Shown here piece by piece: positions 42,153 through 53,242 of a DNA stretch of 64,000 nt (positions are counted from its first letter, which is position 1; the number at the start of each line of letters is the position of its first letter). Under the pieces are notes generated by a model, which had not been told where the DNA came from, did not search any database, and saw only the letters and a list, made by a program, of their open reading frames with translations. The DNA lies in the NCBI GenBank assembly GCA_024280035.1, contig JAJRQV010000073.1, forward strand, positions 1,316 to 65,315, in the 5' to 3' direction. Both the position numbers and the translations under genes were made by a program. The DNA is from Campylobacterales bacterium (GTDB lineage: Bacteria > Campylobacterota > Campylobacteria > Campylobacterales > Sulfurimonadaceae).

Positions 42153-44456
42153 TTATTTATTGTTAGTTAAAAAACTCTTATCTTTCCCATCATATCTACT
42201 TAATACTGCGGGTAACATAATTAAATCAACAACAACAGCAATAACCAATGCTATCGCTGTTACAATGCCGAAATTGACATTTGGAACAAATTGAGAGAAA
42301 CTAAAAATAGTAAATGAGATACTTAAAATAATGGTGGTAAAGATAATGGCTGACCCTGCATACTGCATAATATAAGTCAAAGAATCTTGAAAATTATAGC
42401 CTTTTTGTCTTGCCTCTTTATATTTTACTAAAAAGTGAATAGTGTCATCTACAGCAACCCCAATAATAATAGCTCCTGAAATAGCAACGCCAATATCAAC
42501 TGTCATTCCTAACCATCCCATAACGCCTACTACGAGCACAATAGGTAAAATATTAGGAATGACAAAGAGAGGTACCATACGAATACTTTTAAAGATAAAA
42601 AACATCATAATTGAGACCACGCTAATGGCGAGTACGATAGATTGAATAAGGGTGTTAGTGACATCATGTTGCATATGGGCGAACATAACCGTTTGCCCAT
42701 TGATCTTAGCTGTATAAGGTGTTTTTTCCCACCAATCTTCAGCCCACTTTATCATCTCTAAGTCTAAAGAAGTATCAACAATATTAACAGCAGCGGAGAG
42801 TCTTAAAAACTGCTCATCTACATCCATTTTATCGTTAATTTCCATACCCTGAGGAAGAGATAAAGAATATAAAAGAAGGTATTGGGCAATGAGCTCTTGG
42901 CTATGGGGAATCTCTTTTACCCCTGTCATTACTTCAGAAAACTTCTTTACCACATCAACTAAAGATGACATATGTCTAATATCGGGGTACTTTGCCTTAT
43001 ATTCAGCAGAAAACTTTTCTACTTCTTTCATAAATTCAGGTGCTTTAATCCCATCTTTTACCTTTGAATCAAGAACAATTTCATACGCCATTGGTCCAGT
43101 AAGTTGTGCCTCAATAAAAGTGGCTGTTTGTCTAAAAGCAACATCTTTTGTAAAATACCTGACCGTATTTGAATCAACTTTTACCTTAGTCAATCCTAAT
43201 CCAATAGCACCAAAAATAATTACAGAAGCAACAATGATTTTGACATCATGTTTAATAATAAACCTTGCATAGTCTTGAGCGAAATGGCTTTTTCTTTCTT
43301 TAACTTTTTTAAGTTCTTTTTCTTTAATTTTAGGATTAATGATAGAAAGAAGAGCAGGTACATATAAAATGGTTAAAACAAAGGCTAAAAGTGCAGCATT
43401 TGCGGTGGCAATACCTAAGGTTTTAATAGGAATAATGGCTGAAATCCCTAAAGAAGCAAAACCTACTGCGGTAGTGACAGAAGTCAGAAAGATAGGTAAA
43501 AAGTTTTTCTTAACGCTGTAATGAATAGCCTCATAATTATCTAAACCCTTACGCCGACCAATAAGATAAATCCAATACAGGTGCATGGCATCAGCAATAC
43601 CAATGGCAATTACAAACACAGGCATATTAGCAGTGAAGTTATTAAGTTTATAACCCAATAAGACTTGAATAGACAAAACAATTAAAAAAGTAAAAATAAC
43701 CACAGCAATGCTTAAAAGCATCCCTGAAGGGCGTCTAAAAATAAACCATAACAGTGTCATAACAATGAGAATAATAATAGGTGTAAAGGTTGTCATATCG
43801 TGTTGACCCAGGGTTGCAAACGCGGTAGTTAAAACAGGTCCACCTGCAAGATGGAAGGTATACCCACTGATTTTTGACTCATCTTCAACATATTTCTCTA
43901 CAATAGAGTTTAAGACAATTTTTGCACCCTTTGTCTCACCAACCTTAGGGGTGAGTCGCCCAACAATCATTGTCGTTTTACCATCAGCACTAATAATCTT
44001 ATTGACCAACATATCTTCTTGTAAAGCAATATGCTCTTTTTCTTTAAGTTGCTCGGGTGTTAGGGTATCTATCTCTTCAATAAAGTTTTCAATTAAAATA
44101 TCATCAGGGTCTTGTTCACTCGCATGTACATATTGGTAGTTAGTTAAGGAATCAACTCTGGCAATATATTTTGTTTCCCATAGTTTATCTGTTAATCTTT
44201 GAACAACAGCCAAAGCCTTTGGGTTCATTACCCCATTTTCATCATGAAAAATAATACTAATCGCATCATCATTCCCAAATCTTGCTCTAAAATGGTCATA
44301 ATCAATAATAGACTGTGAATCTTCTGCAAACCAAATTCTATATGAACCATCAAATTCTAAATGTTTAAGTTGGCTACTAAGTGCTATGGTAAGAAGTGGA
44401 ATTAAGATGGCAATCGCCCATCTAAATTTTATAGTTAAGTCAATAAATTTTGTCAT
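42153..44456 (-). CDS. RND-superfamily / MMPL-type exporter (12 TM, two large periplasmic loops)
   Basis: 767 aa, duplicated sterol-sensing-domain-like TM bundles; operon with DUF1302/DUF1329-like partners. Confidence 0.8.
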   Translation of the reverse strand: MTKFIDLTIKFRWAIAILIPLLTIALSSQLKHLEFDGSYRIWFAEDSQSIIDYDHFRARFGNDDAISIIFHDENGVMNPKALAVVQRLTDKLWETKYIARVDSLTNYQYVHASEQDPDDILIENFIEEIDTLTPEQLKEKEHIALQEDMLVNKIISADGKTTMIVGRLTPKVGETKGAKIVLNSIVEKYVEDESKISGYTFHLAGGPVLTTAFATLGQHDMTTFTPIIILIVMTLLWFIFRRPSGMLLSIAVVIFTFLIVLSIQVLLGYKLNNFTANMPVFVIAIGIADAMHLYWIYLIGRRKGLDNYEAIHYSVKKNFLPIFLTSVTTAVGFASLGISAIIPIKTLGIATANAALLAFVLTILYVPALLSIINPKIKEKELKKVKERKSHFAQDYARFIIKHDVKIIVASVIIFGAIGLGLTKVKVDSNTVRYFTKDVAFRQTATFIEAQLTGPMAYEIVLDSKVKDGIKAPEFMKEVEKFSAEYKAKYPDIRHMSSLVDVVKKFSEVMTGVKEIPHSQELIAQYLLLYSLSLPQGMEINDKMDVDEQFLRLSAAVNIVDTSLDLEMIKWAEDWWEKTPYTAKINGQTVMFAHMQHDVTNTLIQSIVLAISVVSIMMFFIFKSIRMVPLFVIPNILPIVLVVGVMGWLGMTVDIGVAISGAIIIGVAVDDTIHFLVKYKEARQKGYNFQDSLTYIMQYAGSAIIFTTIILSISFTIFSFSQFVPNVNFGIVTAIALVIAVVVDLIMLPAVLSRYDGKDKSFLTNNK

Positions 44457-46207
44457 TAGAAGTAATATCCTAGGTTTGCACTAATACGTTGATGTCTGCC
44501 CATTTTTGCAAATGCGGTACTCTCTTTAGAAGAGGGGTCAATAAATCTATAATCAAGTTTGAGTTTAAAAGTATCTGCAATACGTGATTCATACTCTATA
44601 TAATAGACCTCTTCATTATAATCCAAGTCTAAAATTGCACCCGAAACAATACTGGCATCATTTCCTTCATTAAAGCTATATCTAAAGCCTAAGAAGATGT
44701 CATTTTGAAAGACTTCAAAAAGGTCTAAGTCATCACGTTTTCCACTTTGAAAGGTGTCATATCTATAATACTCAGCAAGTAAACCTAAGTCAGCATCATT
44801 ATAAAACTGAGATAAGGTATGTTCTATACCCAGACCAAGGTGATAATAATCACCTACTTCTTTAGGGTTTTGTGTTGGATTGTTGACATTAATAGCATTA
44901 TCATCAAGCACCTTACCATCCATTACATTTGCATACACCGCTTCAACTTTAACGAGAGTAGAACCAACAACTAAGGTGTTGTATGTCATGAGTTTATTAA
45001 CTAAATAAGCATTTTCACTAATCACACCGCTTGTATTTACAGTGTAATAACGTTGTGAATCATAACCATTTTCAAAAATGATGGCATAATCAAGGGGATA
45101 CTCACTATCGGTTGAACCTGAATATTTTAAATAAACACTGGGACGGGTATTAGACTCTTGTGTTCGGATGTTCTCATTATAAGGAACATCTACTGGACCA
45201 AAAGGGTAGTACACATAAGGAAAGGCGGATAGTTTTCTATCTTCTTCATAGAGTTTAACAATAACAGAGATCTCACCTGTTTCAGTGTAATGGGTATAGG
45301 CTGCATTCCATGCGCCTAGTTTATCTGTTTTAAAAGGGTCTGATCTAAGGTCTTGGTTATTAAAACCATCTGTAATATTACGTACCTCTAAGGCACCCCA
45401 AAATCGAATATTTTTACCAAACATGATTTGGTCATTTTCAAAGTCATTACTTCCATAAAGCTCATCTAAACGAAGAAAACTTCGTTTATTATGCTCAGAT
45501 GAACCTTTTGTATCATAATAATCTCCTTGTGCATGTACTTTTGCATAAGCAGAGAATTCGTCTTTTTTAAAGTCAATAGCAAGGTCACCTGATAGGGTGA
45601 GATTAGCCTTATGTTTTCCTTCAAGACGAGTAGGGTACGATTGTGTAATTAAATCGATATGCCCCTGAACACCAATCTCACTCTCATAAATAAAATATTG
45701 AATTTTAAGTTTAGTTGGAATATCTTCATATCCGTGATAATCAGCATCCTCATCTGTTACTAAGAAAGCGTCGTTTTTAGTTTCTGAAAAACCTGTTTTT
45801 GTCAGTTCTTCTTGTCTCTGTTTTGATTTTATAGTTTCTTGATTTTTGTTGTTTTGAGAATTTAAAACAAAAGGTTCTTCTTTTGTTACTTGAGTAGGTT
45901 GAGTAAGAAATCTTGCTCTTTTAAAACGAACTTTACTTGTTCTAACAATAATTGGACCGGTATACTTTTTTCTTAAAGCTAAGAGATTTTCTTTTGCCTC
46001 TTCTTTTGTTGCATAACAGCCACAACGTACTGCTTTTGTATTACCAAAAGAGAGACGTTTACACTCTTTTGGATACTGTATGGAGTTAATATAATGTTCA
46101 TTTTTTTGAAGATATGAAGCCAGTTGAATGGAGTAACAGCTCTCTTTTTGTGTTGCAAAAAGAGTAGAGGTGAAAATTAATGCAAATAAAATAAGACCTT
46201 TAATCAT
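44456..46207 (-). CDS. outer-membrane beta-barrel protein (DUF1302-like) with N-terminal SPOR-like domain
   Basis: Signal peptide, SPOR-like segment (YSIQLASY...KEEAKENLLALRKKYTGPIIV), C-terminal ...ANLGYYF aromatic terminus. Confidence 0.55.
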   Translation of the reverse strand: MIKGLILFALIFTSTLFATQKESCYSIQLASYLQKNEHYINSIQYPKECKRLSFGNTKAVRCGCYATKEEAKENLLALRKKYTGPIIVRTSKVRFKRARFLTQPTQVTKEEPFVLNSQNNKNQETIKSKQRQEELTKTGFSETKNDAFLVTDEDADYHGYEDIPTKLKIQYFIYESEIGVQGHIDLITQSYPTRLEGKHKANLTLSGDLAIDFKKDEFSAYAKVHAQGDYYDTKGSSEHNKRSFLRLDELYGSNDFENDQIMFGKNIRFWGALEVRNITDGFNNQDLRSDPFKTDKLGAWNAAYTHYTETGEISVIVKLYEEDRKLSAFPYVYYPFGPVDVPYNENIRTQESNTRPSVYLKYSGSTDSEYPLDYAIIFENGYDSQRYYTVNTSGVISENAYLVNKLMTYNTLVVGSTLVKVEAVYANVMDGKVLDDNAINVNNPTQNPKEVGDYYHLGLGIEHTLSQFYNDADLGLLAEYYRYDTFQSGKRDDLDLFEVFQNDIFLGFRYSFNEGNDASIVSGAILDLDYNEEVYYIEYESRIADTFKLKLDYRFIDPSSKESTAFAKMGRHQRISANLGYYF

Positions 46208-46953
46208 CTTTTTAGAACTCTCTTATGAAAACTTTTTTCTTTAAGTCCATTTTTAATTGTCTCATTTTTCCACACTAAGATAGTACTCTTATCATTTTGA
46301 TGATTTATCATTACCATTTTACCAATACGCCATACCCCAGAGATTTTTTTGTAATCTTCAAAGCTTGCTGTTTTTAGAAGTTCATGTTTACGGTCATAAT
46401 ATTCAACCTTTAAGGTTAAAAATGTTTTTGCATCTGTCCATGATATCTGTTTTGTATACCCTGAATTTTTAGTAATGGGTGTTCTTTCTCCAACATACAT
46501 TTTTTTACCATCAATTGTAGTTAGTTTTGCCTCACCTTCATAAGAGTACTTATCAACATCAAAAGAGCCTAAGTCTTCATAAGAGAATTCAGAACCCATA
46601 AATGAACCTGATTTATTTTTAGATGCAATACGTTTAATACGTTTAAGTGCGGGAAGATATAACCACTGGTCATCATCTTTTTTAATATGTGAATAAGATA
46701 AAAATTTAGTCCCTTTTACATCAGCAGGTGAAAGAAATTCCATTAATGATTTATCTCCACCATTTTTTTCTAGAACTAACATTGTCATTTTACGTTCACG
46801 TTTTTGCCCATTGGCATTAATAAGTGTCATTGTCATATCTGATTTTGAATCTTTAAATCCGTGCATAGTATCGTCACTCTTTTGTGCAACTTCATAATTA
46901 CTCATTGCCCATAGGCTTGCTGTTAATAAACTAAGAATAAGAAATTTCTTCAT
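46204..46953 (-). CDS. outer-membrane lipoprotein-sorting (LolA-like, DUF1329-type) protein
   Basis: Signal peptide; LolA-like fold family often paired with MMPL exporters. Confidence 0.55.
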   Translation of the reverse strand: MKKFLILSLLTASLWAMSNYEVAQKSDDTMHGFKDSKSDMTMTLINANGQKRERKMTMLVLEKNGGDKSLMEFLSPADVKGTKFLSYSHIKKDDDQWLYLPALKRIKRIASKNKSGSFMGSEFSYEDLGSFDVDKYSYEGEAKLTTIDGKKMYVGERTPITKNSGYTKQISWTDAKTFLTLKVEYYDRKHELLKTASFEDYKKISGVWRIGKMVMINHQNDKSTILVWKNETIKNGLKEKSFHKRVLKR

Positions 46954-47047
46954 TGTTTTACCTCTTATATAAAATTAATGATGCATCCTAGCATAAAGTT
47001 TATGTAAACAGTGTTAACATTTAAAAAAATTATGTTAAAATGTTTTT

Positions 47048-47716
47048 ATGAGTATTAATGAAGCAAAAAATAAAAGTTATCATCATGGTAATTTAAAGCA
47101 GAGTCTTATTGAAGCAACCTTAGAAATGATTCATCATGATGACATTGATAAGGTGACTTTAAGTGCCTTAGGAAAACGTTTAGGTACATCTCGTTCTGCT
47201 ATTTATCGGCATTTTAAGAATAAAGAAGAGTTAATGAAAGCCGTATTGCTCTCAGCAATGGATGAACTTGATAAGTTAATTGAACCTGTTTTTTCAGATA
47301 CAAACTCTAGTTTACTGGAACGTTTTCATGCAATGGGGCAGGGATATGTTAGTTTTGCTATGAGCAACCCTCATCTGTACCGTTTAATATTTGGTCCAAA
47401 GATGTTAAAAGAAAGAGCAGAGGTTATTGAACAAGATAGACAAGAGTTTCATAAACTTTTGCATGGGGACAGTTCTGAAGAGGTTATGAATTCTAATCAA
47501 AATAATGGTTTTCATAAATTAGTAGCAATTATTATACAGGCGCAAAAAGAGAATATTTTTAAAGAAGGTGACCCTGTTCTTATTGCAACTGCTATTTGGG
47601 GTTTACTGCATGGGTTGTCGTCTTTGGCAATTGATGGGCACTTAAGTGTGAGTGATAATATTCAAGCTGTGTATGAAATAAACTATAAGATGCTTTTAGA
47701 AGGTCTTGCTACTTAA
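47048..47716 (+). CDS. TetR/AcrR family transcriptional regulator
   Basis: HTH TLSALGKRLGTSRSAIYRHFKNKEEL; divergent from the exporter operon; palindrome TTAACAT-n11-ATGTTAA at 47014-47038 in the shared intergenic region. Confidence 0.8.
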   Translation: MSINEAKNKSYHHGNLKQSLIEATLEMIHHDDIDKVTLSALGKRLGTSRSAIYRHFKNKEELMKAVLLSAMDELDKLIEPVFSDTNSSLLERFHAMGQGYVSFAMSNPHLYRLIFGPKMLKERAEVIEQDRQEFHKLLHGDSSEEVMNSNQNNGFHKLVAIIIQAQKENIFKEGDPVLIATAIWGLLHGLSSLAIDGHLSVSDNIQAVYEINYKMLLEGLAT

Positions 47717-47756
47717 AAGAATTTTCATTATAATTAAAAGTATAAAAGGGGTGTTT

Positions 47757-48746
47757 ATGGGTATATTCGATGGTGTTAAACGACAGTTACGTTCTGTTAT
47801 TGAGTGGGAAAACCCTGCTGGAGATGAACTCTTTTACCGTTGGAGTGATAATGGTGATGAAATCAAGAATGCTTCAAAACTTATTGTTGGTCCAGGGCAA
47901 GGCTGTATCTTTGTGTATGAAGGTAAGGTAATTTCTGTGATTGAAGAAGAAGGAATGGTCTCTTTATTAACTGATAATATCCCTTTTTGGACAACCTTAA
48001 CAAAGGTGATGCAATCTTTTGAAAGTGAGCATAAGGTTGGTTTGTATTTTTTCAAAAAGACCCGCATTTTAGATCAAAAATGGGGAACACGTTCATCCAT
48101 ACGATATGATGACCCTAAATATAAATTTCCTGTCTCTTTAATGGCTTTTGGAAATTATAGTTTTAAAATCTCTGATGCGAAACTCTTTTTTGTTAATATA
48201 TTAGGCACAAAAGATTCGTATCTAGTCAGTGACTTTAGAGAGATGATGGTTTCACGAATTAACCAACCTATTGCAGACTTTTTAGCAACAGCAAAATACT
48301 CTTATGCTCAAATTGATGCCCAACAAGAAGAGATTTCTGCAGCCTTAAGTGAAAACCTGTCTAAAATATTTTTAAAATTAGGTTTTATTTTAACAGACTT
48401 TCGTATTGAAGGTACAGATTTTGATGAAGATACAAGAGAAAGAATTAATAAAATTGCAGATATCACAGCTGACACTCATGGAGCAGGTATTGCTGGTGTA
48501 AGTTATGCAGAGTTACAACGTTTAGAAGCGATGAAAGATGCAGCAAATAACCAAGTTGGTGCAGCAGGGCTTATGATGGGTATGGGTGTTGCCGGTGGGC
48601 TTGCTGGTGATGTAGTAAATCCTACAAAAAGTGAAACAAAAGGTGTAAAACAAAGACTTGAAGAGTTAAAAGAGTTGTTTGATGCTGAACTGATTTCTAA
48701 GACCGATTATGATGCGAAAAAGACTGTAATCCTTGGCGACTTGTAA
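47757..48746 (+). CDS. SPFH/band-7-like domain protein with C-terminal SHOCT domain
   Basis: MGIFDGVKRQLRSVIEWENP... N-terminus; C-terminal KQRLEELKELFDAELISKTDYDAKKTVILG resembles SHOCT. Confidence 0.55.
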   Translation: MGIFDGVKRQLRSVIEWENPAGDELFYRWSDNGDEIKNASKLIVGPGQGCIFVYEGKVISVIEEEGMVSLLTDNIPFWTTLTKVMQSFESEHKVGLYFFKKTRILDQKWGTRSSIRYDDPKYKFPVSLMAFGNYSFKISDAKLFFVNILGTKDSYLVSDFREMMVSRINQPIADFLATAKYSYAQIDAQQEEISAALSENLSKIFLKLGFILTDFRIEGTDFDEDTRERINKIADITADTHGAGIAGVSYAELQRLEAMKDAANNQVGAAGLMMGMGVAGGLAGDVVNPTKSETKGVKQRLEELKELFDAELISKTDYDAKKTVILGDL

Positions 48747-48875
48747 ACACTGTTCTGCACCCCTTCCACATAAGAGTATTATTTGTGAGTATTGTGGTGT
48801 CCGAAATGATATTGAACTTAAGAAAAAAAAAATGGCACAAATTTACCCAAGAGTAAACGTACCTGCCCTGATTGT

Positions 48876-49400
48876 ATGGTTTTTTTAGACAGTATTGATA
48901 TTGGAAAAAACTCTCGTTTTATTGTTGAAAAATGTGAACGCTGTTTTGGGCTCTTTTTTGATAATCATGAGCTAGAAAGATTACTTGAAGAGAGCGTCTC
49001 TAAATCTTATTTTATAGACCATCATAAGTTGCATTCACTTCTACAATACCCTTTGCACAAAGATATTCTTCAATACAGAAAATGCCCTGTATGTTCTAAG
49101 ATTATGCAGAGAAAAAACCACTTGGGTCGCTCGGGTGTTATTACAGATGTATGCTATGAGCATGGGGTTTGGTTAGATGCAGGTGAACTCAAGCAGATTC
49201 AAGAGTGGACAGCCTTAGGGGGTAAAAAAAATGCCCTTAAAGATAAACTTGATGAAAAACATAGACATACGCGAGCTCTACATAGAAAACGGGCAAGACA
49301 ATCTTCATACAAATATCATAAAGAAAAAAATTCAAAACACTATTTTGATGATATTTTTGATACCGTATCTAGTATTTTTGGGCTAGCTCGGCATTGGTAA
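48876..49400 (+). CDS. tandem zf-TFIIB-type zinc-ribbon protein (possibly 5'-truncated/frameshifted)
   Basis: Two CPxC...CxxCxGxWxDxxEL repeats. An additional CEYCG motif lies upstream in another frame across an A10 tract (48823-48832). Confidence 0.5.
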   Translation: MVFLDSIDIGKNSRFIVEKCERCFGLFFDNHELERLLEESVSKSYFIDHHKLHSLLQYPLHKDILQYRKCPVCSKIMQRKNHLGRSGVITDVCYEHGVWLDAGELKQIQEWTALGGKKNALKDKLDEKHRHTRALHRKRARQSSYKYHKEKNSKHYFDDIFDTVSSIFGLARHW

Positions 49401-49498
49401 ATGTCTGAAAAGTATCAAATTCTTTTGATATAGTGTTTTTTATTTATTGATAATACTTATTAAGCTTTTTGTTTAAAATTGATAGATATAATGCCGCA

Positions 49499-52117
49499 AT
49501 GAGATATTTTTTTATATTATTTTTTATGATTTTTTCTGTTTTTGCAGAAGAAAATATTATATTACAGTTAAAATGGGAACATCAATTTCAGTTTGCTGGT
49601 TATTATGCTGCTTTAGACCAAGGTTACTACAAAGAAGTCAACTTAGATGTTGAAATTAGAGACCGTAACTTAAAGCATTTTGTAAATATTACGGATGAGG
49701 TACTTTCACAGACTGCTGTTTATGGTGTAGGTTCAAGCTCTTTATTGGCTGACATTTCAGATAATAAGCCCATCATTTTACTCTCTGCTATGTTTGAGCA
49801 TTCTCCTTTAGTCCTTGTTTGTCGTAAACGTGCAAATATTAGAAATGTACACGACCTAAATGGAAAAACATTGATGCTTGCAGATGAAGAAGAGAAGTCT
49901 TTGCAATTTTCTAGTATGCTTAAGATTGAAGGTGTTAAGTATACAAAAATTCCTTATAACTTTGAAGCATTTTTAAAAGGAGAGGGGGATGCTTTTTCTG
50001 CTTACCTAGGGAATGAACCTTTTGCACTTCAACAAGAGGGGCTAGAATACACTATTATTGATCCTGCTAATTATGGGGTTGACTCTTATTCTGACTTTTT
50101 GTTTACCTCTTTAAAAGAGTATGAAGAACACCCTGAACGTGTACAAAATTTTATTATGGCTTCAATTAAAGGCTGGCGGTATGCCCTCTCTCACCCAGCA
50201 GAGATTGCGCAACTTATTCATAATAAATATCAGCCTTCTCGTAGTTTAGAAGCCCTACAGTTTGAAGCAAAAATGATAACACGTCATGCCATTGTTGATA
50301 TCGAAAAATTAGGTCGAATTGAATTAGCAAAACTTTCGCATATGCTATTAATGATGAAAGAGGCAGGTTTATTAAAAAATAATGTAGACATTACCAAACA
50401 TATCTGTCCTCGTAAACTTTCACAAATTAATCTTAGCCCTAAAGAACGTCATTGGATATCAACGCATCCTGTAGTCAGATATTCAAACCTTCGTTGGCTG
50501 CCTTTAAATGCTGATGCATCCAGAAAAGAGATTGTTGAACGTTATTTAAACCTGATTACCTTAAAAAGCGGTCTTAATTTTAAGTATCTGCAAAAAGAGC
50601 CTTATACCTACGCGTATGAAGAGCTGGAACGGGGGAACTTAGACCTTTATGTTGGGACACAGAAAAAAGAGAAGAGTTTACTCTCAAAAGCAATACGTTC
50701 TTATCCTTTAGTGATTGTGACAAGAAATGATGTTGATTATATTGCCAATACAGACAGCTTAAATATTAAGACGATTGCTTTGGTTAAAGGAAGTGTCTCT
50801 GCAGAATATATAGAAAAAAATTATCCTGATATTAAAAAAATATATGTGAATGATATTCAAGAGGCATTAGAACTTGTCTCTTCTTCAGATGCTTATGCAA
50901 CAGTAGAAATTCTTCCTTTAGTAACAATACATATTAAAGCCTTAAATATGGCAAATATTAAAATTTCAGGGGAGTTTCCTTATACATACGAGTTAAAGGC
51001 TATGGCAAGACCCAGTTCAACTGAATTAATATCTATATTAAATAAATCTATTGATGCTATCTCTTCTGATGAACATAATATGATTAATGATAAATGGAAA
51101 GTTATAGAGATAGAAAAAGAGAGTGATTATACTCTGGTTTTAACAGCGATTTTAATTACCAGTATTTTAGTTAGTATTCTTATTTATTCAAATTGGCGTC
51201 TTCGTTTGGAAGTGGGTCGACGTGAGGCATTACAGACGGAACTAAAACGTATGTTTAATGTGGTTAACCAAAATGTTTATCTCTCTATGACAGATAAAGC
51301 GGGTGACATTACATATGTAAGTGATGCTTTTTGCCGTTTTACGGGTTACACAAGAGAGCAGTTACTTGGTCAAAACCACAGGTTATTTAGAAGCCCAAAT
51401 ATAAGTCATGAGTTTTATACAAAAATGTGGAATACCATATCATCAGGAAGAGTTTTTAGGGGAGAAATAGAAAATAGATCGCGTTCTGGTAAGCCGTATT
51501 GGGTAGATGCAAGCATTACCCCTATTTTTAATGAAGAGGGTGAAATCGAGACCTATATGGCAATACGAAAAGATATTACTTCTGAGAAAAAGGTAGAAAA
51601 ACTGGCGATTACGGATGCCTTATCTGACCTGTACAATCGTCGTTATTTTAATATGGTTTTTGAAAAAGAGATTAAGCGTCTTAAACGTGAAGGTGGAAAA
51701 CTCTGCTTTATTATGTTAGATATCGACCACTTTAAACTTTATAATGATAAATATGGGCATCTTAAAGGTGATGAGGTTATTATCTCTGTGGCAAACACGC
51801 TCAAAGAGGTGTGTAAACGCTCAACCGATCAAGTCTTTCGTTTAGGCGGAGAAGAGTTTGGTATTGTACTAATTAACCCTAAGACAGAACAAATTGAGAA
51901 GTTTTCAAAGAAACTTATTCATGCTATTGAAAACTTACATATTCAACATGAAGACAATAGCCCTTTCACTTGGGCTACTGCCTCTTTGGGTGCGGTTGTT
52001 TGTAGTTTAAATAAAAATTCAAAACTAGATGCTAAAGATATTTACCAAATTGCAGATGATGCTATGTATAACTCGAAACAAAAGGGAAGAAACACAATAA
52101 GCATCTTAGAGCTCTAA
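49499..52117 (+). CDS. periplasmic-sensor diguanylate cyclase (SBP-like periplasmic domains, TM, PAS, GGDEF)
   Basis: Signal/TM, two solute-binding-like regions, PAS (NHRLFRSPN...), intact GGDEF (DIDHFKLYND...RLGGEEF). Confidence 0.85.
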   Translation: MRYFFILFFMIFSVFAEENIILQLKWEHQFQFAGYYAALDQGYYKEVNLDVEIRDRNLKHFVNITDEVLSQTAVYGVGSSSLLADISDNKPIILLSAMFEHSPLVLVCRKRANIRNVHDLNGKTLMLADEEEKSLQFSSMLKIEGVKYTKIPYNFEAFLKGEGDAFSAYLGNEPFALQQEGLEYTIIDPANYGVDSYSDFLFTSLKEYEEHPERVQNFIMASIKGWRYALSHPAEIAQLIHNKYQPSRSLEALQFEAKMITRHAIVDIEKLGRIELAKLSHMLLMMKEAGLLKNNVDITKHICPRKLSQINLSPKERHWISTHPVVRYSNLRWLPLNADASRKEIVERYLNLITLKSGLNFKYLQKEPYTYAYEELERGNLDLYVGTQKKEKSLLSKAIRSYPLVIVTRNDVDYIANTDSLNIKTIALVKGSVSAEYIEKNYPDIKKIYVNDIQEALELVSSSDAYATVEILPLVTIHIKALNMANIKISGEFPYTYELKAMARPSSTELISILNKSIDAISSDEHNMINDKWKVIEIEKESDYTLVLTAILITSILVSILIYSNWRLRLEVGRREALQTELKRMFNVVNQNVYLSMTDKAGDITYVSDAFCRFTGYTREQLLGQNHRLFRSPNISHEFYTKMWNTISSGRVFRGEIENRSRSGKPYWVDASITPIFNEEGEIETYMAIRKDITSEKKVEKLAITDALSDLYNRRYFNMVFEKEIKRLKREGGKLCFIMLDIDHFKLYNDKYGHLKGDEVIISVANTLKEVCKRSTDQVFRLGGEEFGIVLINPKTEQIEKFSKKLIHAIENLHIQHEDNSPFTWATASLGAVVCSLNKNSKLDAKDIYQIADDAMYNSKQKGRNTISILEL

Positions 52118-52127
52118 AGTCCTAAGG

Positions 52128-52778
52128 TTATTTAACTTTAAAAAACTCTATTGCCTCTTCTTGATCCTCATCTAACATATCTTCACTGTAGTCTGAATCA
52201 TTAGTCAGTTTATCTTTAATTACTTCTTGACAATACTTAAACAGAATTTCTCTGGCTTGAGGAAGATTATTAAAATAACCTAAACCGCTAAATTGATAAG
52301 GTTCTTCTTGTTCATAACAAAGCAGTGTTACATCTGCTCTGTCTTCTAACATCTCAACAAGGGTACGGTAGTTAACATCAAAGTCAGTAATCTTCCAACC
52401 CATATCTTCCATCTCTTGATCTTTAAACACATCAATACCATCACCTGTTGTATCATCATAATGACAGTTTGCAGTGTTGTAGTTAATGATGTCTTGCCAA
52501 GCAGAAGCTGCTTTAATTAAGATACGTTCACCATCTTCAACAACTTGGTAGTCTTTGCCTAAAAGCTCTTGTTTTAAAAGAGGTTTTGGAATACTTAGTC
52601 CTGTTGTTGTTTCAGGGGTAATTCTACCCTTATAAATAAACATATCTGTTGTTTCAAAAGGAGCATACTTGATTTCACCTTTTACAGTAATTGCAAACTC
52701 TTTGTTTGAGCTAAGTGCTTGAGTGAGTTCTGTATTAGATGCAACAATGATTTCAGTGATAAGATTAATTTTCTTCAT
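52128..52778 (-). CDS. hypothetical acidic protein
   Basis: 216 aa ORF with acidic C-terminus; no family recognised. Confidence 0.4.
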   Translation of the reverse strand: MKKINLITEIIVASNTELTQALSSNKEFAITVKGEIKYAPFETTDMFIYKGRITPETTTGLSIPKPLLKQELLGKDYQVVEDGERILIKAASAWQDIINYNTANCHYDDTTGDGIDVFKDQEMEDMGWKITDFDVNYRTLVEMLEDRADVTLLCYEQEEPYQFSGLGYFNNLPQAREILFKYCQEVIKDKLTNDSDYSEDMLDEDQEEAIEFFKVK

Positions 52779-52912
52779 AAATATCTCTTTTTTTATTGAA
52801 TTGTAGCTAATACAAATTCTTCTATGCTTAAGTATGAAATTTATATAAAATTTTAAAAAAAATTATACAAAAAATTGCTACAATAATAGACCAAAATAAA
52901 CGAAGGTATTAA

Positions 52913-53167
52913 TTGATGATTAATGAAGCAATTTTAAGACAACTAGACTATACACCTAATGAGGCATTAAAAGAACAGATGGGACGTATTATTGAAAATA
53001 CAAGAGCCTTTCCTAAGATTGAAAAACATCTAATGGAACTACATAAACAGCTAAAAGTTGATGGTTCATACATTGCAATGTCTAATTCAGAAGATTATTT
53101 TAAAATTAAAATTGAAGCAATTAGTTCAGCATTAACAGATGAAGCACATGAAAAAATTAAACATTAG
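52913..53167 (+). CDS. hypothetical protein
   Basis: 84 aa ORF. Confidence 0.3.
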   Translation: MMINEAILRQLDYTPNEALKEQMGRIIENTRAFPKIEKHLMELHKQLKVDGSYIAMSNSEDYFKIKIEAISSALTDEAHEKIKH

Positions 53168-53242
53168 TCTGAAAAATATAAAACTGAAGTGTCACGTGTT
53201 CAAGGTAAAGATACTTATTATATTAAGGGTTTTATCCACTAA

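Noticed and set aside
42442-44139. Short plus-strand ORFs within the minus-strand RND/MMPL gene
   Set aside because: Antisense to a long conserved ORF; hydrophobic mirror translations.
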